Shown piece by piece: positions 1 to 10,984 of a DNA stretch of 64,000 nucleotides. The first letter of the stretch is position 1. Each line of letters opens with the position of its first letter. The stretch comes from Myxococcales bacterium (lineage in GTDB: Bacteria > Myxococcota_A > Polyangia > Polyangiales > DASUME01). The stretch is from NCBI GenBank assembly GCA_047601445.1, contig JASGJH010000001.1:8672001-8736000 (forward strand), read 5' to 3'. The translations under genes were made by a program, and so were the position numbers. The notes under the pieces are model-generated. The model was not told where the DNA came from, did not search any database, and saw only the letters and a program-made list of their open reading frames with translations.

Positions 1-1683
1 GCCACGGCCCTGGTGTTCGGCTTCGTGATGTATCGTCTGGGGCTGTCGCCCATCGTGGGCTACTTGCTGGCCGGCATCCTGGTGGGCCCGCGAACGCCGG
101 GCTTCGTGGCCAACGAGAAGGTCGCGAGCGAGCTCGCCGAGGTGGGCGTCATCCTCCTGATGTTCGGCGTGGGATTGCAGTTCCACTTTCGAGAGCTGCT
201 CGCGGTCAAGCGCGTGGCGCTGTGGGGAGGCCTCGGGCAGATCGCGGTGGCGACCGGCGTGGGGACGCTGCTCGCTCGCATGTGGGGCTACGAGATCTCG
301 GCGGCGGTGATCTTCGGGCTCTCGCTGTCCATCGCGAGCACCGTGGTGTTGGTGCGGGTGTTGTCGGAGCAGCGCCACCTGCACTCGGTGGTCGGAAAGG
401 TCGCGCTCGGCTGGCTGGTGGTCGAGGACATCTTCACGGTCTTCGCTCTGGTGGCCTTGCCGCTCTTGTTCGGGCCGGAGGCCGCGAAGCACGACATCGG
501 TTTGTCGCTGCTGCTGTCTGGGCTCAAGTTGGTGGCCTTGGTGGCGGTCGTGGCGCTGATCGGGCGACGAGCGATTCCGAGCTTGTTCGGCTACGTGGCG
601 GCGACTCGCTCGCGTGAGCTGTTCACGCTGACCGTGCTGGTGACCGCGCTCGGGATCGCGGTGGCGTCGGCCACGCTGTTCGGTGCGTCCATGGCGCTCG
701 GGGCCTTCTTGGCCGGAGTCATCGTGGGGCAGTCCGAGTTCAGCGCGCGAGCCGCTTCCGACGCGTTGCCGATGCGCGACGCGTTCGCCGTGCTTTTCTT
801 CGTGTCGGTCGGGATGCTGTTCGACCCGAGTGCGCTCCTGAACCACCCGGGCCACGTGCTGGGCGCGCTCGGCGTGGTGATGCTGGTGAAGCCGCTGGTG
901 GCCTACGGCATCATGCGCGCGCTGCGCAACAGCGACGACATGAGTCTGCCGGTCTCCGCCGTGCTCGCGCAGATCGGTGAGTTCTCCTTCGTCTTGGCGA
1001 GTGCGAGTACGGCGCTGGGCGTGCTCCCGCGCGAGGCCGCGAGCATCCTGGTGGTCACCTCCATCCTGGCGACCACCGTGAACCCGGGGCTGTATCGCTT
1101 GGCCGTCCAGCTCGGTGCCCGCCGCGCCAAGGGGAGGGCGTTGGATCTGACGGCCAAACCCTCGAAGCAGCGCGAGGGGGACCTGGCAGTCGTGATAGGC
1201 CACGGTCCCACGGGGCAAGTCGTCACCGAGATCCTGCGAGGTAACGGGATCGAGGTGACCGTCGTGGATCTCAACCTCGAGACGACGCGCGAGCTCGCGA
1301 CACGGGGGCTGCACACGGTCTATGGGGATGCCGCGCGCCCGGACGTGCTGGAGCAGGCGGGCCTGGCAGACGCGCGCGCCCTGTTCCTGACCACACCGAG
1401 CTTCGACGGCCTGGCGGAGATCATTCGCGCTGCGAAGGAAGTGAACCCCGAGATCCAGGTCTACGCCCGCTCGGAGTTTCTAGGCGACGTGGGGAACCTG
1501 ACCGAGGCGGGCGCGGACTCCGTGGTGACCGCCGAAGGTGAGGTGGCCCTGGCGATGGCGAGCGAGTTACTCACCGAGCTGGGCGCATCACCCGAGGAGC
1601 TCGACCGGGAGCGCGACCGAGTCCACGTGATGCTCCACAAGCGCATCCTGGAGCGTGCCTCAGTCGCGAAGGCGCTCCACTAG
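1..1683 (+). CDS. CPA2-family cation:proton antiporter with C-terminal TrkA-N/RCK domain (YbaL/KefC-like), 5' truncated by window edge
   Basis: Many TM helices with GYLLAGILVGP, LGAFLAG and LAQIGEFSF motifs; C-terminal VIGHGPTG and YGDA; frame open from position 1. Confidence 0.9.
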   Translation, partial: ATALVFGFVMYRLGLSPIVGYLLAGILVGPRTPGFVANEKVASELAEVGVILLMFGVGLQFHFRELLAVKRVALWGGLGQIAVATGVGTLLARMWGYEISAAVIFGLSLSIASTVVLVRVLSEQRHLHSVVGKVALGWLVVEDIFTVFALVALPLLFGPEAAKHDIGLSLLLSGLKLVALVAVVALIGRRAIPSLFGYVAATRSRELFTLTVLVTALGIAVASATLFGASMALGAFLAGVIVGQSEFSARAASDALPMRDAFAVLFFVSVGMLFDPSALLNHPGHVLGALGVVMLVKPLVAYGIMRALRNSDDMSLPVSAVLAQIGEFSFVLASASTALGVLPREAASILVVTSILATTVNPGLYRLAVQLGARRAKGRALDLTAKPSKQREGDLAVVIGHGPTGQVVTEILRGNGIEVTVVDLNLETTRELATRGLHTVYGDAARPDVLEQAGLADARALFLTTPSFDGLAEIIRAAKEVNPEIQVYARSEFLGDVGNLTEAGADSVVTAEGEVALAMASELLTELGASPEELDRERDRVHVMLHKRILERASVAKALH

Positions 1684-3432
1684 CCCCGAGGCGCGCTCGC
1701 TGCGCTGGCCCACTGCGGCCTTCAGTGCAGCTTCGCTGGCGTGAATGCTCACGGTCTGCTTGGCACGCGTGATGGCCGTGTAGAGCAGCTCGCGGGAGAG
1801 AATCGGGGAGGGCCGCTCGGGGAGCACGATGGCGACTGCGTCGAACTCCGAGCCCTGGCTCTTGTGCACGGTCATGGCGTACACACTCTCGTGGCGCGGC
1901 AGGCGCGCCAGGCTCAGGTTGCGCACGTTCTGTGGGCCGACCCGAAAATGCGCCGAGAGGCCGGCCCGCTCCAGCTTGTGCAGCACCCCGACGTCGCCGT
2001 TGAACAGGCGCGTCGTGTACTCGTTGTGCGTGATCATGATGGGCCGTCCGGCGTAGTTGTCCTCGGGTCGCCGCAGCCGGCCACTCACCAGCCGAGCCAG
2101 CGCGAGGTTGAGCTCCTCCACGCCACCGTGTCCTCGGCGATGGGCGCACAGCACCCGGTAGGCGTCGAGCGCCGACAGCTTTCGCTCGAGCTCGGGCTCG
2201 TGCAGTGGGCGATAGTTTCGCTTGGCCTCCGCCTCCAGGCTGCGCGTGAGGGTCGCGCGCGTCACAGCCGGTCCGTAGCTCACGTCGGGGAGGCTGCTGC
2301 GCAAGACGTCCAGCACGGTCCGCGCGTCCTGCGCGTGCACGGCGTTGGCCAGGGCGGCGATGCCGCTGTCCTTGGGATAGCGGTAGCTGTGGGTCAGACG
2401 ACTGAGGGCGCTCGCGAGGGGGCTCGCAGGATCGCTGGCGCTGGTGCACAGGTCGCCGAGCACGCCACCGGCTTCCACGGAGACGAGCTGATCCGGATCG
2501 CCCAGCATGATGATCCGGGCGTGCTCGGGGATGGCGTCGAGCAGGCGCCGCATCAACGCCAGGTCCACCATGGAGGCCTCGTCGAGCAGGAAGATGTCGC
2601 AGGCGAGCGGGTTGTCCCGGTGATGCCGGAAGCGCGTACTCGAGCTCGCCACGGGTCCGAGCGCGCGATGGATGGTGGAGGCCGTGCTCGGGATGGCGGC
2701 CTTGATCCGAGGCTCCACGGGGAGCTGGTCGCGAGCGCGCTCGATGGACTCGGCCAGGCGCTGCGCGGCCTTGCCGGTGGGGGCGGTGAGCAGGATGCGC
2801 GGGAGCGTGCGCTGTTGCGCCAAACGGTCGGCGACCAGCACGGCCAGCAACTTCACCACGGTCGACGTCTTGCCAGTACCAGGGCCACCCACGATGAGGC
2901 TGAGTTGGCGTTGGCGCGCGGCCACCACGGCGGCGCGCTGCTGGTCGGGCTGGCCAGCCGGAAGCGGCGGGAAGAGGCGTTCGAGGAGCTCCGAGGCTGG
3001 CTCGGTGCCCGCGGGGGGCGCCGAGCTGGCCGGGCTCCCTGTGCCGAGCGCCCGGACGCGGCGCGCGAGGGCCAACTCGTGCTCGTAATAGCGGGTGAAG
3101 TACAGGCGCCCATCGGCGTCGAGCACGAGCGGCTTCGGTTCGCCCTCGGGCCCACCCACATTCACGAGCGGCGAGCGCGCGAGCTTGGCGCGCCAGTCCG
3201 CCGCGCGCGGCAAACGCCAGAGCGGCGCCTGGGCTGGGTCGGTCAGTTCCCGATCGGCCCAACGCTCCAGGTCCAGACATACATTGCCGGCCTGCACCTC
3301 GCGGCTAACCAGCGCCAGGGTCAGCAGCACCTCTGGATCGCTTTCCTGGCACACCCGGCCTAGTCCCTCGGCGATCTCCACGTCGGCGGCGGCCAACTGT
3401 CCTGCCTGCTCGAGTTGGCTCCAGGGCTTCAT
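1660..3432 (-). CDS. recD: Exodeoxyribonuclease V alpha subunit
   Basis: GGPGTGKT, LTAPTGKAA, DEASMVD, YAMTVHKSQGSEF, ELLYTAITRA; 4-bp overlap with recB. Confidence 0.95.
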   Translation of the reverse strand: MKPWSQLEQAGQLAAADVEIAEGLGRVCQESDPEVLLTLALVSREVQAGNVCLDLERWADRELTDPAQAPLWRLPRAADWRAKLARSPLVNVGGPEGEPKPLVLDADGRLYFTRYYEHELALARRVRALGTGSPASSAPPAGTEPASELLERLFPPLPAGQPDQQRAAVVAARQRQLSLIVGGPGTGKTSTVVKLLAVLVADRLAQQRTLPRILLTAPTGKAAQRLAESIERARDQLPVEPRIKAAIPSTASTIHRALGPVASSSTRFRHHRDNPLACDIFLLDEASMVDLALMRRLLDAIPEHARIIMLGDPDQLVSVEAGGVLGDLCTSASDPASPLASALSRLTHSYRYPKDSGIAALANAVHAQDARTVLDVLRSSLPDVSYGPAVTRATLTRSLEAEAKRNYRPLHEPELERKLSALDAYRVLCAHRRGHGGVEELNLALARLVSGRLRRPEDNYAGRPIMITHNEYTTRLFNGDVGVLHKLERAGLSAHFRVGPQNVRNLSLARLPRHESVYAMTVHKSQGSEFDAVAIVLPERPSPILSRELLYTAITRAKQTVSIHASEAALKAAVGQRSERASGLVERLRD

Positions 3433-6400
3433 GGCGAAACCTCCGCCGGCTTGCTGTGGTGTTCACCGAGGGCACGCTCCAGGCCCGCGATCAACTCTGG
3501 CGACGGGCGATCGTGGAAGATGCCGGTGCCTAGCTCGTGGGTCGGCGACATCCCACGCAGGAACAAGTAGTAGACGCCGCCGAAGTGCGTTTCGTAGCGG
3601 TAGTCGGCGACGCGCAGCGCGAGATGACGGTGCAGTGCCAGGCAATACAGGTGGTACTGCAAGAAGTAGTGGTGCTGGGCCATCGCGTGCAGCATGGACT
3701 CCTGGCCGTAGTCCGAAGCCCTGGGCCCGAGGCGGTTGGACTTGTAGTCGACGACGTAGAAGCGCCCCTGATATTCGAACACCATGTCGATGAAGCCGCG
3801 CAAGAAGCCGTTGAGCTTGTCGAAACCAAGCTCCTTCAGATCGCCCGCGTAGCTGGGCATGGCCTTGGGCGCCCGCTGCTCGCGGAAGGCGCGCTCGAGC
3901 GTCTGAGGCGTGAGTGCCGCCGTCACCGGCAGCACGAACTCCATCTCGTCGAGGCGCGAGCGACGCGAGATTTGGGCCAGCGTCAAGCCTGGAGCGAGCG
4001 GAGTGTGCATGACCTGCTCGAGGCCACTCGTGAGCATGGCGCCGAGTGCCTCTGGGTAGCCGCGCAGCAGCAAGGTCTCGCTCACGGTGCGCGCGAGCTC
4101 CTCCGGGGATCCTTGAAAATCGGTGTGCTCGAGGATCTCGTGGATCAGCTGGCCCGGCGCGGCCCCGCGGGGGAAGGCGTCGAGCAACAGCGTAGAGGGC
4201 AAGAGCTCGTCGCTGCGGGGGCTCGCGTCGGCGGCGTCATGGTCGACTCCGAGCTCCGCGTGAGCGCCACCCTTGGACACCGTCAGGCCCGAAAAGCTCG
4301 AGACGCGTCGGCTGAGATCGAGCGTCCTGCGTACCGCGCGCGCCTTGAGCTCGCGCAGGCGCGGCTCGAAGGTCGAGAGCGGCTTGGGAGTCTCGGGCAC
4401 GACGTGCCGCACGCTCACGTGGCCGCCGAGCTTGCTTCGCAGAGCGAACAACGCGGCAGCGCGCTCGTCTCCGGACATGCCCTTGGTGCGCTCGGCGGCG
4501 CCGAATAAGCAATAGCCGAGGCCCGACTTGGCGATGCCCTTGTGATCCGGGATGGTCACACACACGCGGTGCTTGGCTCGTGTCAGGGCTACGTAGAGGA
4601 GGCGCAGACCTTCCGCCAGGGCTTCCTGCGCCGACAGCTCGCGGTGGGCCCCGATGTCGTCGCTTCCCAGATCGAGGCTCAAGGCGTGGCCCGCGTCAGG
4701 GTCGTGGAAGCGCACGAATTCACTGTCGGCTCCGCGCGGCTCGTCGCCCGCCCACAAGAACGGGCAGAACACGATCGGATATTCGAGGCCTTTGCTCTTG
4801 TGTACGGTGGTGAGGCGCACCGCGTTGTCGCTGCTTTCGAGGCGCAGCTCGTGATCTTCACCCACCAACTCCGCGCGCTTGGTCTCGTCCACGCGCACGA
4901 TACGGAACCAACGCAGCAGTCCCAGCGGGCCCAGGCGCTGGGAGATCGAAGCCGCGGCGAGCAGCTCCACCAGGTGCCACAGGTTCGTGATGCGACGCGT
5001 GCCGTCCTGACGCAGCAAGAGGCGCTCCTCGATCTTGTAGTGCGACACGAGTCCGCGCAGGGCCTGCATGAAGCCGTGCTGCCGAAACACCTCGTGCTGC
5101 TGCTGCAAGACTGCGCGATGACCCTCCCACGCCTCATCATCCTCCTCGAGAGCTGCGAGCTCGTGGGCGTCCATGCCGCCGTACCAGGAGCACAGGAAGG
5201 TGCGCACGGCGGTGGCGTCGCTCGGATGCACTAGCACCTCGAGGACGCGCTCGAGCTCGGCTGCGTCATCGCTGCGAAATACGGTCTCGTCGCCCTGGAA
5301 CACGCTGGCGATCCCGAGCTCGCTGAGCGCTCCCTGCATGGCCAAGGCTTGCTTGTTGGTGCGGCACAGCACCGCCACGTCCGAGGCGCGCAGACGCCGT
5401 GGACTCTGATGGGAAGCGGCGATCTCGCTGTCGCTGCCCAGGAGGCGTGCGATCTCCGCGGCCACGCTACGGCAGATTTCGTTGCGCAGTGCTTCGATGG
5501 AGGGGGCGCCGGGCAACAACAGCAAGTCGAGCGCGGCATGTCCATCGCGCGGCCGGAACGCGTCGGCCAGGCCGGCGGGTGCGCGCACCTGCTGATATTC
5601 GATCTGCTCGAGCGCGAACGGGTTGTGCACGTTGGCGTAGAACGCGTTCAAGGCCTGGATCAGCGCGGGATCCGAGCGTCGGTTGGTGTCGAGGGTGTAG
5701 ACCCTGCCGTGGGCGTGCTCGCGTGCGCTGAGGTACGCGTGCACGTCGGCGCCGCGGAACCCGTAGATGGCTTGCTTGGGGTCGCCGATCAAGAACAGGC
5801 ACGAGCCAGGCTCACCGAAGATGCGCCTGAAAATCTCGTACTGCACCGGGTCGGTGTCCTGGAACTCGTCGACCAGGGCCGCGCGATAGCGGCGGCGCAG
5901 CGCCTCCGTGAGCGACGTGCCGCGCGCGCCTGTCAGGGCGCCATGCAGCTCGGTGAGCAGAGCGTCGAAGGTGTGCACGTTCTGCTCGCGGCTGCGGGCC
6001 TCGAGTTCGCGCTTCAAATACTCGACGAAATCGCGCCTGAACTTGACCTTGGTATGGGCTTGCTGGGCCTCGTGACGTGCGTCCAGCGTGACCAATTCCT
6101 CCGCCGCGTCGAAGAAGGGATGTTCGGGTGGCAGGCGACCCTTCTTGGTGCGCTCGCGCGCGCCGCTGCGCGTGAAGCTGCTCTTGGCCGCGTCCGAACA
6201 CACGCTGGTGCAGCCCGGGCTCGCCCCCTTGAGGGCTTGATCCCACTGGCTCGCCCAGGCCTCTGCATACTGGGCCGCGCGATTCAGGTCTCCCACCAGG
6301 GCCAAGATCGTGCGCCTGTCTTCGCTCCAGTACTTCACGCAGCGCGCGAGTGCGCTGCCCCAAGCTTCGCGGTCGAAGCTCTCTACCTCGATTCGCTCGG

Positions 6401-6992
6401 GCAGCAGCCGCAAGTCATCCGAGGCTCCCGTGCGCGCCGCCAAGATCCGTAGCTTCTCCGGCTCGGCCAGCAGCGCGCGCGCGACGTTCGCCTCGGCTGC
6501 GTACAGGTTCTTGGTGAAGTAGTCGTCGGCGATCTCGGCCAGCAGGGGCGCCGCACACGTGGTGACCTCGAGCCGCATCCCAGCGCCGCTCTCGAAGGCG
6601 TGTTCGGTGAGCGTGCGCTGACAGAAGCCGTGGATGGTGAGCACCGGCGCCTCGTCCACATCGGAGAGGGCGCGCTCGAGCAAATCCTCGAGCACATGCT
6701 GGCCTGCCCGCACGCGGACCCGCGCGCACAGGTCGCGCACCAAGGGGTCGTCGAGCTGTTCCCCGCGCGCCACGCGCTGTGCCGTCACCAGGCGCGCCCG
6801 GATGCGCTGCTTGAGCTCCGCGGTGGCCGCACGCGTATAGGTCACCACCAGAATTTGGCCGATGGGCAGGTTGCGCTCGAGCAGGAGGCGCAGCACCAGG
6901 CTCGTGATGGTGTAGGTCTTGCCGGTGCCGGCGCTGGCTTCGATGACCGTGACGTCGCGCAGCTCGACGTTGGCGGGATCCAGGGGCGTCAT
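3429..6992 (-). CDS. recB: Exodeoxyribonuclease V beta subunit (helicase-nuclease)
   Basis: EASAGTGKT, DEFQDTD, IGDPKQAIYGFRGAD, nuclease motif GFIDMVF..YVVDYKSN; ATG at 6992 overlaps the recC stop (ATGA). Confidence 0.95.
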   Translation of the reverse strand: MTPLDPANVELRDVTVIEASAGTGKTYTITSLVLRLLLERNLPIGQILVVTYTRAATAELKQRIRARLVTAQRVARGEQLDDPLVRDLCARVRVRAGQHVLEDLLERALSDVDEAPVLTIHGFCQRTLTEHAFESGAGMRLEVTTCAAPLLAEIADDYFTKNLYAAEANVARALLAEPEKLRILAARTGASDDLRLLPERIEVESFDREAWGSALARCVKYWSEDRRTILALVGDLNRAAQYAEAWASQWDQALKGASPGCTSVCSDAAKSSFTRSGARERTKKGRLPPEHPFFDAAEELVTLDARHEAQQAHTKVKFRRDFVEYLKRELEARSREQNVHTFDALLTELHGALTGARGTSLTEALRRRYRAALVDEFQDTDPVQYEIFRRIFGEPGSCLFLIGDPKQAIYGFRGADVHAYLSAREHAHGRVYTLDTNRRSDPALIQALNAFYANVHNPFALEQIEYQQVRAPAGLADAFRPRDGHAALDLLLLPGAPSIEALRNEICRSVAAEIARLLGSDSEIAASHQSPRRLRASDVAVLCRTNKQALAMQGALSELGIASVFQGDETVFRSDDAAELERVLEVLVHPSDATAVRTFLCSWYGGMDAHELAALEEDDEAWEGHRAVLQQQHEVFRQHGFMQALRGLVSHYKIEERLLLRQDGTRRITNLWHLVELLAAASISQRLGPLGLLRWFRIVRVDETKRAELVGEDHELRLESSDNAVRLTTVHKSKGLEYPIVFCPFLWAGDEPRGADSEFVRFHDPDAGHALSLDLGSDDIGAHRELSAQEALAEGLRLLYVALTRAKHRVCVTIPDHKGIAKSGLGYCLFGAAERTKGMSGDERAAALFALRSKLGGHVSVRHVVPETPKPLSTFEPRLRELKARAVRRTLDLSRRVSSFSGLTVSKGGAHAELGVDHDAADASPRSDELLPSTLLLDAFPRGAAPGQLIHEILEHTDFQGSPEELARTVSETLLLRGYPEALGAMLTSGLEQVMHTPLAPGLTLAQISRRSRLDEMEFVLPVTAALTPQTLERAFREQRAPKAMPSYAGDLKELGFDKLNGFLRGFIDMVFEYQGRFYVVDYKSNRLGPRASDYGQESMLHAMAQHHYFLQYHLYCLALHRHLALRVADYRYETHFGGVYYLFLRGMSPTHELGTGIFHDRPSPELIAGLERALGEHHSKPAEVSP

Positions 6993-9900
6993 GGGCGCTC
7001 CTGCTCCTTGAGGTGCTCCAGCATGGGCAACAACACGCGCCGTGAGACACCGGCGAAATCCAGACTTTGCGCTCCGTCCGAGGCCACCAGGCGCTCCAAG
7101 GCTTCGAGCTCCGGTTCGCTCCACACCTGCTGGACGTAGCGCTCCGCGCTCTCCACGAAGCGATTCGGCTTGGCGCCCTCGATGCGCGCGAGGGCGAGGG
7201 CGCGCTCGTGGTCGTGACCATCGAGTAGCGCGTGCGCGTAGACGCTCGATTCACTGCGCAGAAAGGGTAGCGGCATGTGTAGCCCGAGCAGGTAGAGCTC
7301 GATGAGCTCCGTCAGCAAGCGCTCCGCATCGGGCACGGGGCCAAAGCGGAAGCTCGCGACCTTGCGCTTGCCACTGGCATCGGCGCGCGCCACCAGCAGG
7401 CTGTGCTTGATGGGATGCTCGCTGGCGCACAGGGCGAGGTGCCTGATCCACATGCTGAGCCGGTGCTTGTCGCTGGCCGCGGCCGCCGTGAGCTCGACCC
7501 GGGCAGCTTCGTGCATGCCCGTGAGGCGACCGTAGAGCAGGCGTCCGCCGATGCGCAGCTCGAGGTTGAGGTGCGGAAGGGGCGCGCCGACATCGAGCTG
7601 GGCGCGCATGTTCTGCACGGTCCGGTCGAGCTCCTCGAACAGGACTTGGCCGATGGTCCCCGGAGGCAGGCGGCCTTCCTGTGTCAGCATGCGCTGTTGT
7701 TCGTCGCGATCCTTGCTGGCCAGGCCGGTGAGCAGTCGGTCGTGCAGCTGGAAGCGCGCCAGTGCGTCGAGGGCCGTGGGTTCTCGATCCGGAATCTGCT
7801 CGGACTCCTCTGGCAGTCGCACGCGCAGGCGCTCGCGCACGAAGGCACGCTGTGGAGCGCGGAAGAAGCTGACCAGGCGCTCGAGCTCGATACGCTCCTG
7901 AGGCGCCGCGGCGAACGGAGCGCGCACGAAGGGGCGCGTCACGGCCCGGCTCGACAGCAGAGCCCGTGCAGCCGTGGCGGCCGTCTCGTCGTAGGAGGGT
8001 AGATTGCTGGTCTGGCCGAAGTAGCGTGCATCGAAGCGATGCAGCGCATGCACCTTGCTGACGTGTTCCGAGGTGCGCTTGCTCTCGAAGGCCAGCAGGA
8101 GCGATTTCTTGCCGTCACCGATGTCGAAGTGCCGGTCGAGTACACGCAGTAGCTGGTCCACCACCACGGACGCCGGACGCTCACTGTCGTCCTTGGCGCT
8201 GCGCCCCAGGTAAGTGATCACCACCGCGTCGCGCGCCGACAAGAGGGCCTCCAGGAACAGCTGTCGGTCGTCGTCGCGCACATCGTGGTCGCCGACGCGG
8301 CGCTTTTCGGCCATCAGATCGAAGCTCGGACGCTGTGCGCGCCGCGGAAACGCTTCGTCGTCCATGCCGACCATGGCCACCACCCGGAACGGGATGGCGC
8401 GCATGGGCACGTGCTCGCAGAAGGTCACGCCCGACGTGAGGAAGCCGAGGTTGGCACGTCCGCGCTCGAAGCGCGCCTCCAGCAAGAGGCGCAGAGCTTC
8501 GAGCGGCACCTCGGTGTCGTAGCCGGAAGCACCCGCGTCGGCGGCCAGGGAGGCCAAGAGCGTCCGCAGGCCGTGGTGCTCGTGGCCGAGCTCGGCGTGA
8601 TCGCTCAACAGGCGAGGCAAGGTATCGAGCCAAAAAGCCGCCCAAGCCGCGACTGAACGCCGCGTGGCGCACGCGTCCACCGTGGCGAACAGCGTCTCCG
8701 CAAAGCGCGCGAAGCGCCCGAGCAACACCGCGTGCTCCCCCTCCACGTCGGAGTAAGGGAGCACGCCCAGCACGCTGCGCTGCTCGTGAGCCCCCGACGC
8801 GTAGCCCACCAGGAGCCGCTCGAGCGCGAAGCGCAGGCTGTTTTGCGCGTACTCCGGCTGCCCGAAGCGCGTGCGGTGGGCAGCGTCGATGCCCCAGCGT
8901 GCGCCGGCATCGATCAACCACTCGGCGAGCACCTCGAGCTCCGACTCTTCGAGATCGAAGCGCTCGCGCACCGGCGCTCGATGCAGGAAATCGAGCACCT
9001 CACTCAGCGACAAGCGTGAGCCCGCCAGATCGAGCAGCGCACAGAAGGCATCGAGCACGGTGGACGAGCGCGCGGCGCTGCGATCGGCGATGCGATAGGG
9101 GATGTGCTCACGGGCCTCGCCGTCGCGCTGGGCAAACACGGCCTCGATGGCGGGGGCGTAGCGCTCGATGTCTGGCGCTAGCACCACGACGTCGTGGGGT
9201 TCGAGCGTCTTGTCGGCCTCGAAGCGCGCGCGCAGCACGTCCCGCAGTACCTCGAGCTCGCGCACCGGACTATGGCAAGCGTGCACGCTGATCGAGCGGT
9301 CGTCCTCCGCGATCGTCAGCGGCGCGAGCTCCCCGCGGACGGCGGGATCGCGCTCGGTCAGGTTCGCCAGGTCGTTTTGTAGCTGGCCGAGCAGAGTGGA
9401 TGGCGTGCGCAGCTCGAACAGGTCCGGATAGGGCTCTTCGAGCGGGAGATCCTCGAGCAGCAGGTCCACGAACTCGCGGCTCACTCTTCCGAGGTTCGAG
9501 AGCAGCGACCTCACGCCCTGGCCGCGCGCGAGCTTCCGATCGAAGTCGCCCCAGTAGTGAGGTGACGGCGTGAGCAGAAAGAGATGCACGTCGATCCGCT
9601 CCGACAGACGCGCGAGCACCTGCAGAAAGGCGGGGGGTAGCGTGGAGATGCCGAACAGACTGATGCGTTCGGGGAGCGGGAGCTCGGCCTGGTCGAGTGC
9701 CCCGCCTCGCGCGAGGCGCTCATGAAATTGGGCCATGCGGCGCGCGATATGGGTGGGCGGGGCGCCCACGGTGAGCTTGCGCCACAACTTGGCCTGAAAG
9801 TGCAGCCCCTCGCCATGCTCCCAGCCGAGCACCAGGTCGGGTCGATACACCAGGTACTGATCGAACGTCGTCGCGAGCACGGAAGCCAAGGCGAGCGTGC

Positions 9901-10273
9901 CCACGCTCGAGGCGTCGCGGCGAACGTAGCGGGCGACCTCTTCGAAGGCGGGCTCCTCGATCACCTCGCCGCCGAGCACGCGTGCGATCGAAAGCGCCAG
10001 TGTCTCGGGACGAAAGATGCGCTGCTCGAGCGGGACCTCACCGAGTGCCGCGTCCAGGGCCAGCTCCACCATCGCCCGCGGAAACGGGAACCACGGGTTG
10101 GCCCATACCCCGAGCTCCGCGCAGAGCTGCGCAGACAGCCAGCGTTCCATGCCGGGCCCCTGCACCACCACGCACTCGCGCGCGAAGGCATCGCGCAGCG
10201 GCTCGCGCACCACGTGGGACAGCGCTGCGGCCAGCTTCTCGACCCGGTTCGAGCGGTACAGACAGAACGTCAC
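6989..10273 (-). CDS. recC: Exodeoxyribonuclease V gamma subunit
   Basis: LYRSNRVEKL N-terminus, HACHSPVRELEVL, PMRAIPFRVV, DDRQLFLEALLSAR; GTG 10273 chosen as start (TAGACT 7 nt upstream); ORF extends to 10360. Confidence 0.93.
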   Translation of the reverse strand: MTFCLYRSNRVEKLAAALSHVVREPLRDAFARECVVVQGPGMERWLSAQLCAELGVWANPWFPFPRAMVELALDAALGEVPLEQRIFRPETLALSIARVLGGEVIEEPAFEEVARYVRRDASSVGTLALASVLATTFDQYLVYRPDLVLGWEHGEGLHFQAKLWRKLTVGAPPTHIARRMAQFHERLARGGALDQAELPLPERISLFGISTLPPAFLQVLARLSERIDVHLFLLTPSPHYWGDFDRKLARGQGVRSLLSNLGRVSREFVDLLLEDLPLEEPYPDLFELRTPSTLLGQLQNDLANLTERDPAVRGELAPLTIAEDDRSISVHACHSPVRELEVLRDVLRARFEADKTLEPHDVVVLAPDIERYAPAIEAVFAQRDGEAREHIPYRIADRSAARSSTVLDAFCALLDLAGSRLSLSEVLDFLHRAPVRERFDLEESELEVLAEWLIDAGARWGIDAAHRTRFGQPEYAQNSLRFALERLLVGYASGAHEQRSVLGVLPYSDVEGEHAVLLGRFARFAETLFATVDACATRRSVAAWAAFWLDTLPRLLSDHAELGHEHHGLRTLLASLAADAGASGYDTEVPLEALRLLLEARFERGRANLGFLTSGVTFCEHVPMRAIPFRVVAMVGMDDEAFPRRAQRPSFDLMAEKRRVGDHDVRDDDRQLFLEALLSARDAVVITYLGRSAKDDSERPASVVVDQLLRVLDRHFDIGDGKKSLLLAFESKRTSEHVSKVHALHRFDARYFGQTSNLPSYDETAATAARALLSSRAVTRPFVRAPFAAAPQERIELERLVSFFRAPQRAFVRERLRVRLPEESEQIPDREPTALDALARFQLHDRLLTGLASKDRDEQQRMLTQEGRLPPGTIGQVLFEELDRTVQNMRAQLDVGAPLPHLNLELRIGGRLLYGRLTGMHEAARVELTAAAASDKHRLSMWIRHLALCASEHPIKHSLLVARADASGKRKVASFRFGPVPDAERLLTELIELYLLGLHMPLPFLRSESSVYAHALLDGHDHERALALARIEGAKPNRFVESAERYVQQVWSEPELEALERLVASDGAQSLDFAGVSRRVLLPMLEHLKEQERP

Positions 10274-10520
10274 GACCCGGAGTCTAGTGGAGACAGCTGG
10301 ACGCGTGAGCACCTGGTGCGCCGAATCGGGAACGGTGAAGCACGGGTCCGCTTGCACCACCCAGGTTCAAGCATCGCCGAGGGACCGGAGCAGCCAATGT
10401 GAGGGTAGGTGGGCCAAGGAGCGCGCGTAGATCACGCGAAAATCGTTGGCGATCTCACGGGGGACAAATGGCAGGGCCGGGCCGGAAGAGTCAGACTGAG
10501 CGACACGTTCCGGGGGGAGC

Positions 10521-10907
10521 ATGAGCGACGTGGTGATCCAAGGAGATTTGTCCGGGCACGCCTTCGTGGAGGTCCTGCAGCTGGCCGTGGGCAAGCGGGA
10601 ACGGCTCAAGATCGAGTTGTTCGACGCCAGCCAGGTGTTCGGCGAGGTGTATCTCGACGGAATGACGGTACTCGACGCGCGGGTCGACGTCCTCACTGGC
10701 CTGTCGGCGCTCGGTGCGATGTTGCGGCTCTCCGAGGGCCAATTCCGCGTGGTCCGCGAGGCCCTACAGCGACCCGCGCGCCTGAACCGCTCACTCGACG
10801 ACGCGCTGATCGACTGCGCCAACGGCGAGGGCGAGATCCACGAGAGCACCAGCCGCTGCATCACCAGCGTGCCGCCGCCCTTCGAAGGGGAGCCCGCGGA
10901 GGAGTGA
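10521..10907 (+). CDS. Stand-alone DUF4388 (PatA-N-like) domain protein
   Basis: IQGDLS..FVEVLQL...GEVYL..G...A...L...EGQF pattern; GGGGAG upstream. Confidence 0.65.
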   Translation: MSDVVIQGDLSGHAFVEVLQLAVGKRERLKIELFDASQVFGEVYLDGMTVLDARVDVLTGLSALGAMLRLSEGQFRVVREALQRPARLNRSLDDALIDCANGEGEIHESTSRCITSVPPPFEGEPAEE

Positions 10908-10984
10908 GGGGCGGCGGGCAGCGTCCTTCTTTCGGGAAGGCGCAGCATGATCCAGAGGCTCGCCTGTGGCATGGTCCGACCCGC

